Positions 61,618-64,000 of a DNA stretch of 64,000 nt are shown here, in pieces (position 1 is the stretch's first letter; each line of letters opens with the position of its first letter). Made by a program: the position numbers and the translations under genes. This DNA comes from Candidatus Fermentibacter danicus. Its GTDB lineage: Bacteria; Fermentibacterota; Fermentibacteria; Fermentibacterales; Fermentibacteraceae. The notes below the pieces were generated by a model that saw only the letters and a list, made by a program, of their open reading frames with translations, ran no database searches and had not been told where the DNA came from. The DNA lies in contig LKHB01000181.1 in NCBI GenBank assembly GCA_001618615.1, positions 2,210-66,209 on the forward strand, read 5' to 3'.

Positions 61618-62292
61618 CTGCCTGATCTGATCGCCATCGACGGGCCCGCGGGTTCGGGCAAGAGCACGACAGCGCGACTCTGCGCCGGCGTGCTGGGATT
61701 CGACTACCTGGACACGGGCGCGATGTACAGGATGGCTGCTCTCCTCTGCGCTCGGAATGGCTGCGGATCTGACGGCGGGGCTCTCGCCGCGCTGATCGAA
61801 TCTCACTCGATATCGCTGCATAATGGAGAGGCGTTCCTCGATGGCGAGAACGTCTCGGCCTGCATCCGCACGCCGGCGATAAGCGAAGCGGCCAGTCTCC
61901 TGTCGGCGCTGTCCGGGGTCAGGCGGGCCATGGTCCTCAAGCAGCGCGAATTCGCATCCGGGCGCGATCTCGTAGCCGAAGGCCGTGACATGGGCACGGT
62001 CGTGTTTCCCGACGCCTCACTCAAGGTCTACGTGATAGCCGATCTGGCAGTGAGGGCCGTGAGGAGGCTGCGCGACCAGGGTCCGGGCTCCGCGGGGGAG
62101 GAGGACTTCGCCTCAGTGGTTCTCTCCCTCATTAAGAGGGACCGGAGGGACCGGGAACGCTCCGACAGCCCCCTGAGGCCTGCGCCGGACGCCGTCCTCC
62201 TGGACACCAGCCTCATGACGGTAGCCGAACAGGTGGAAAAGGTGGTCTCGCTTTACGAGGCAGTTCGCGGGAGGCGCAGGGATGTTGTCTAG
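61618..62292 (+). CDS. cmk: Cytidylate kinase; start upstream of the track ORF (non-canonical or CTG start likely)
   Basis: Track ORF 61690..62292 begins after the P-loop. The same frame stays open from 61612 and encodes LIAIDGPAGSGKSTTARL (Cmk P-loop) using CTG codons at 61618 and 61627, with no ATG/GTG/TTG. The rest is Cmk-like (DTGAMYR...). Confidence 0.75.
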   Translation: MPDLIAIDGPAGSGKSTTARLCAGVLGFDYLDTGAMYRMAALLCARNGCGSDGGALAALIESHSISLHNGEAFLDGENVSACIRTPAISEAASLLSALSGVRRAMVLKQREFASGRDLVAEGRDMGTVVFPDASLKVYVIADLAVRAVRRLRDQGPGSAGEEDFASVVLSLIKRDRRDRERSDSPLRPAPDAVLLDTSLMTVAEQVEKVVSLYEAVRGRRRDVV

Positions 62293-62929
62293 GCGCAGGT
62301 ACATGCCCTCCCTCCAAAGGTACGGCCACCTCGTGATCAAGGCGGTCTTCGGACTGAGGGTGACCGGGGTCGAGAAGGTTCCCAGAACCGGCGGACTCCT
62401 GATGGCGAGCAACCACATCTCCGAACTCGATCCGCCCGTTCTGGGGAGCTGCATACCCCGGATTGTCCACTTCATGGCGAAGAGCGAGCTTTTCCGTGGC
62501 AGGGCCGCAACATGGTTCTTCGCCCGCCTCAATGCTTTTCCGGTGGATCGGAAAAGGATCGACAGGGCCTCCCTGCGCACCGCCGAGTCCATCCTGCTCT
62601 CGCAGGGCGCCCTTCTCATGTTCCCCGAGGGCACTCGCAGCCATGACGGCCGGGCCCTCAGACCCAAGCCCGGAATCGGGATGCTCGTTCAGAGAACCGG
62701 AGTGCCCGTGCTGCCGATATTCATCCACGGCACCGACAGGCCGCTGGGGGCCGTCCTGAGGCGGCCGCGCTTCTCGGTCTCACTGGGTGACCCGATCGCC
62801 CCTGAGGAGATGACGGACGCCGCCGGAGACGGCGGATTCGCTTCGATAGCCGAATTGATAATGGAGAGGATACTGGAAACGGGAGCCAAGGCTGGCCTCG
62901 CAGCAGAGGCCGAGAGGAGTGCGAATTGA
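62282..62929 (+). CDS. plsC: 1-acyl-sn-glycerol-3-phosphate acyltransferase
   Basis: 215 aa. NHISELDPP (HX4D motif), FPEGTRS and a short proline box. Confidence 0.8.
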   Translation: MLSRRRYMPSLQRYGHLVIKAVFGLRVTGVEKVPRTGGLLMASNHISELDPPVLGSCIPRIVHFMAKSELFRGRAATWFFARLNAFPVDRKRIDRASLRTAESILLSQGALLMFPEGTRSHDGRALRPKPGIGMLVQRTGVPVLPIFIHGTDRPLGAVLRRPRFSVSLGDPIAPEEMTDAAGDGGFASIAELIMERILETGAKAGLAAEAERSAN

Positions 62930-64000
62930 GCGAAAAGGAGTACTGCGTCGGACTTACGCCGGAGGAGATCGAAAGGATCGAGGGATTCGAGTACTCTCCG
63001 GAAGAAAGGCGTCAGCTCGAGGAATCCTATAACGGCACCATCACGACTACGGAGGTCCGGGTAGGCACGATCCTGTCCGGCACGATACTCCAGAGGGTCG
63101 GCAACGAGGTCGTCGTTGACATCGGATACAAGAGCGAGGGCGTCATCCCGCTGTCCGAGTTCCGGGAGGACGAGGAGATAGTCCCCGGGCAGCAGGTGGA
63201 CGTCTATATCGAGACTCTCGAAGACCAGGACGGCAGGGTCAGCGTCTCCAAGGAGAAGGCCCACTTCCACCGCGTCTGGGCGGACATCAAGGCCGCCTAC
63301 GACAACGGCACCATCCTCGAGGGCACCGTTCTCAAGAGGATCAAGGGCGGTCTCGTCGTGCGCATCATGGGCGTGGACGCATTCCTGCCCGGTTCACAGG
63401 TCGCGCTCAGGCAGGTTCCCAACCTCGAGAAGTTCATCAACCAGAAGCTCGAGTTCCGCGTGATAAAGCTGAACAAGAGGCGCAGGAACATCGTGGTGAG
63501 CAGGCGCCAGGTCCTCGAGGAGGCGCGGTCGGAGTTGAAGGAGAAGCTGATAAAGGAACTCGAGGAGGATCAGGTGCGCACCGGCGTCGTGAAGAACATC
63601 ACGGATTTCGGCGCATTCGTGGACCTCGGCGGAATCGACGGCCTCCTCCACATAACCGACATGAGCTGGGGCAGGGTTCGCCATCCCAGCCAGCTCGTGA
63701 ACATCGGCGACGAGATAGAGGTAAAGGTGCTCAAGTTCGACCGCGACCGCGAGCGCATTTCTCTGGGTCTGAAGCAGTTGCAGCCCTTCCCCTGGGAGGG
63801 CGTCGGCGAGAGGTATCCCAAGGGCTCGGTCGTCAGCGGCAAGGTCGCCAGCATAACCGACTACGGCGCCTTCATCGAGCTCGAACCCGGCGTGGAGGGA
63901 CTCATCCACGTCTCGGAGATGTCTTGGACCAAGCAGGTCAGGCATCCCTCCAAGATCCTCAGCGTGGGGGACGATCTCGAGGCCGTAGTGCTGAACGTGA
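62926..64000 (+). CDS. rpsA: 30S ribosomal protein S1 (N-terminal ~358 aa; continues beyond the window end)
   Basis: TTG start overlapping the plsC stop (TTGA). Repeated S1 OB-fold domains (GTVLKRIKGGLVVRIMGVDAFLPGSQV..., GVVKNITDFGAFVDLGGIDGLLHITDMSW..., GKVASITDYGAFIELEPGVEGLIHVSEMSW). The cmk-then-rpsA order is conserved in many bacteria. Confidence 0.9.
   Translation, partial: MSEKEYCVGLTPEEIERIEGFEYSPEERRQLEESYNGTITTTEVRVGTILSGTILQRVGNEVVVDIGYKSEGVIPLSEFREDEEIVPGQQVDVYIETLEDQDGRVSVSKEKAHFHRVWADIKAAYDNGTILEGTVLKRIKGGLVVRIMGVDAFLPGSQVALRQVPNLEKFINQKLEFRVIKLNKRRRNIVVSRRQVLEEARSELKEKLIKELEEDQVRTGVVKNITDFGAFVDLGGIDGLLHITDMSWGRVRHPSQLVNIGDEIEVKVLKFDRDRERISLGLKQLQPFPWEGVGERYPKGSVVSGKVASITDYGAFIELEPGVEGLIHVSEMSWTKQVRHPSKILSVGDDLEAVVLNV

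Noticed and set aside
1-64000. CRISPR arrays, transposases, integrases, prophage or defence-system genes.
   Set aside because: No regularly spaced direct repeats and no recognisable Cas, transposase, integrase, restriction, toxin-antitoxin or helicase-nuclease defence signatures were seen in any frame. The tRNA-Leu is not flanked by an integrase or a duplicated 3' end.

Overview
High-GC (~65-70%) bacterial chromosomal window, densely coding on both strands, with many 1-4 nt start/stop overlaps (ATGA, GTGA, TTGA) that suggest translational coupling. Content is mostly core and envelope housekeeping. A minus-strand block (1-6180) holds an ECF sigma factor, mntH, a soluble MgtE_N/CBS protein, yjbQ, a DUF503 protein and glgB. 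An LPS/lipid A cluster follows: GT9 heptosyltransferase, gmhB, an epimerase, a Gfo/Idh/MocA oxidoreductase overlapping lpxB, a DUF374::kdtA fusion, and lpxK. Further genes cover DNA repair (xseAB, uvrC, mutL), tRNA modification (miaB, miaA, dusB, rluB), lipoate metabolism (lipA plus an LplA/LipB-like ligase) and peptidoglycan remodelling (NlpC/P60, an M15/DUF882 peptidase paired with an L,D-transpeptidase, murJ, ddl). There are also era, scpAB, cmk, plsC, the 5' part of rpsA, pgi, purN, nadB, comEC, one tRNA-Leu(TAA), and two FadL/PorV-like outer-membrane beta-barrel paralogs, which together with the LPS genes indicate a diderm organism. No CRISPR array, transposase, integrase or recognisable defence system is visible. 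The most unusual items are: a ParB-like HTH protein fused to TPR repeats with no parA; two tandem paralogous secreted proteins with a transglutaminase-like core; the soluble MgtE_N-CBS protein upstream of the NRAMP Mn transporter; the GnnA-like dehydrogenase overlapping lpxB; the DUF374::KdtA fusion; a PilZ protein overlapped with an outer-membrane barrel gene; and a roughly 450 bp gene-free gap between convergent genes. In several places the ORF-track coordinates and the printed line numbering disagree by 1 nt, so boundaries are good to about +/-1-3 nt. Gene starts inside long track ORFs are inferred from signal peptides, RBS-like motifs and family-typical N-termini. The many long Arg/Gly-rich ORFs antisense to, or out of frame with, the called genes are treated as GC-composition artefacts.
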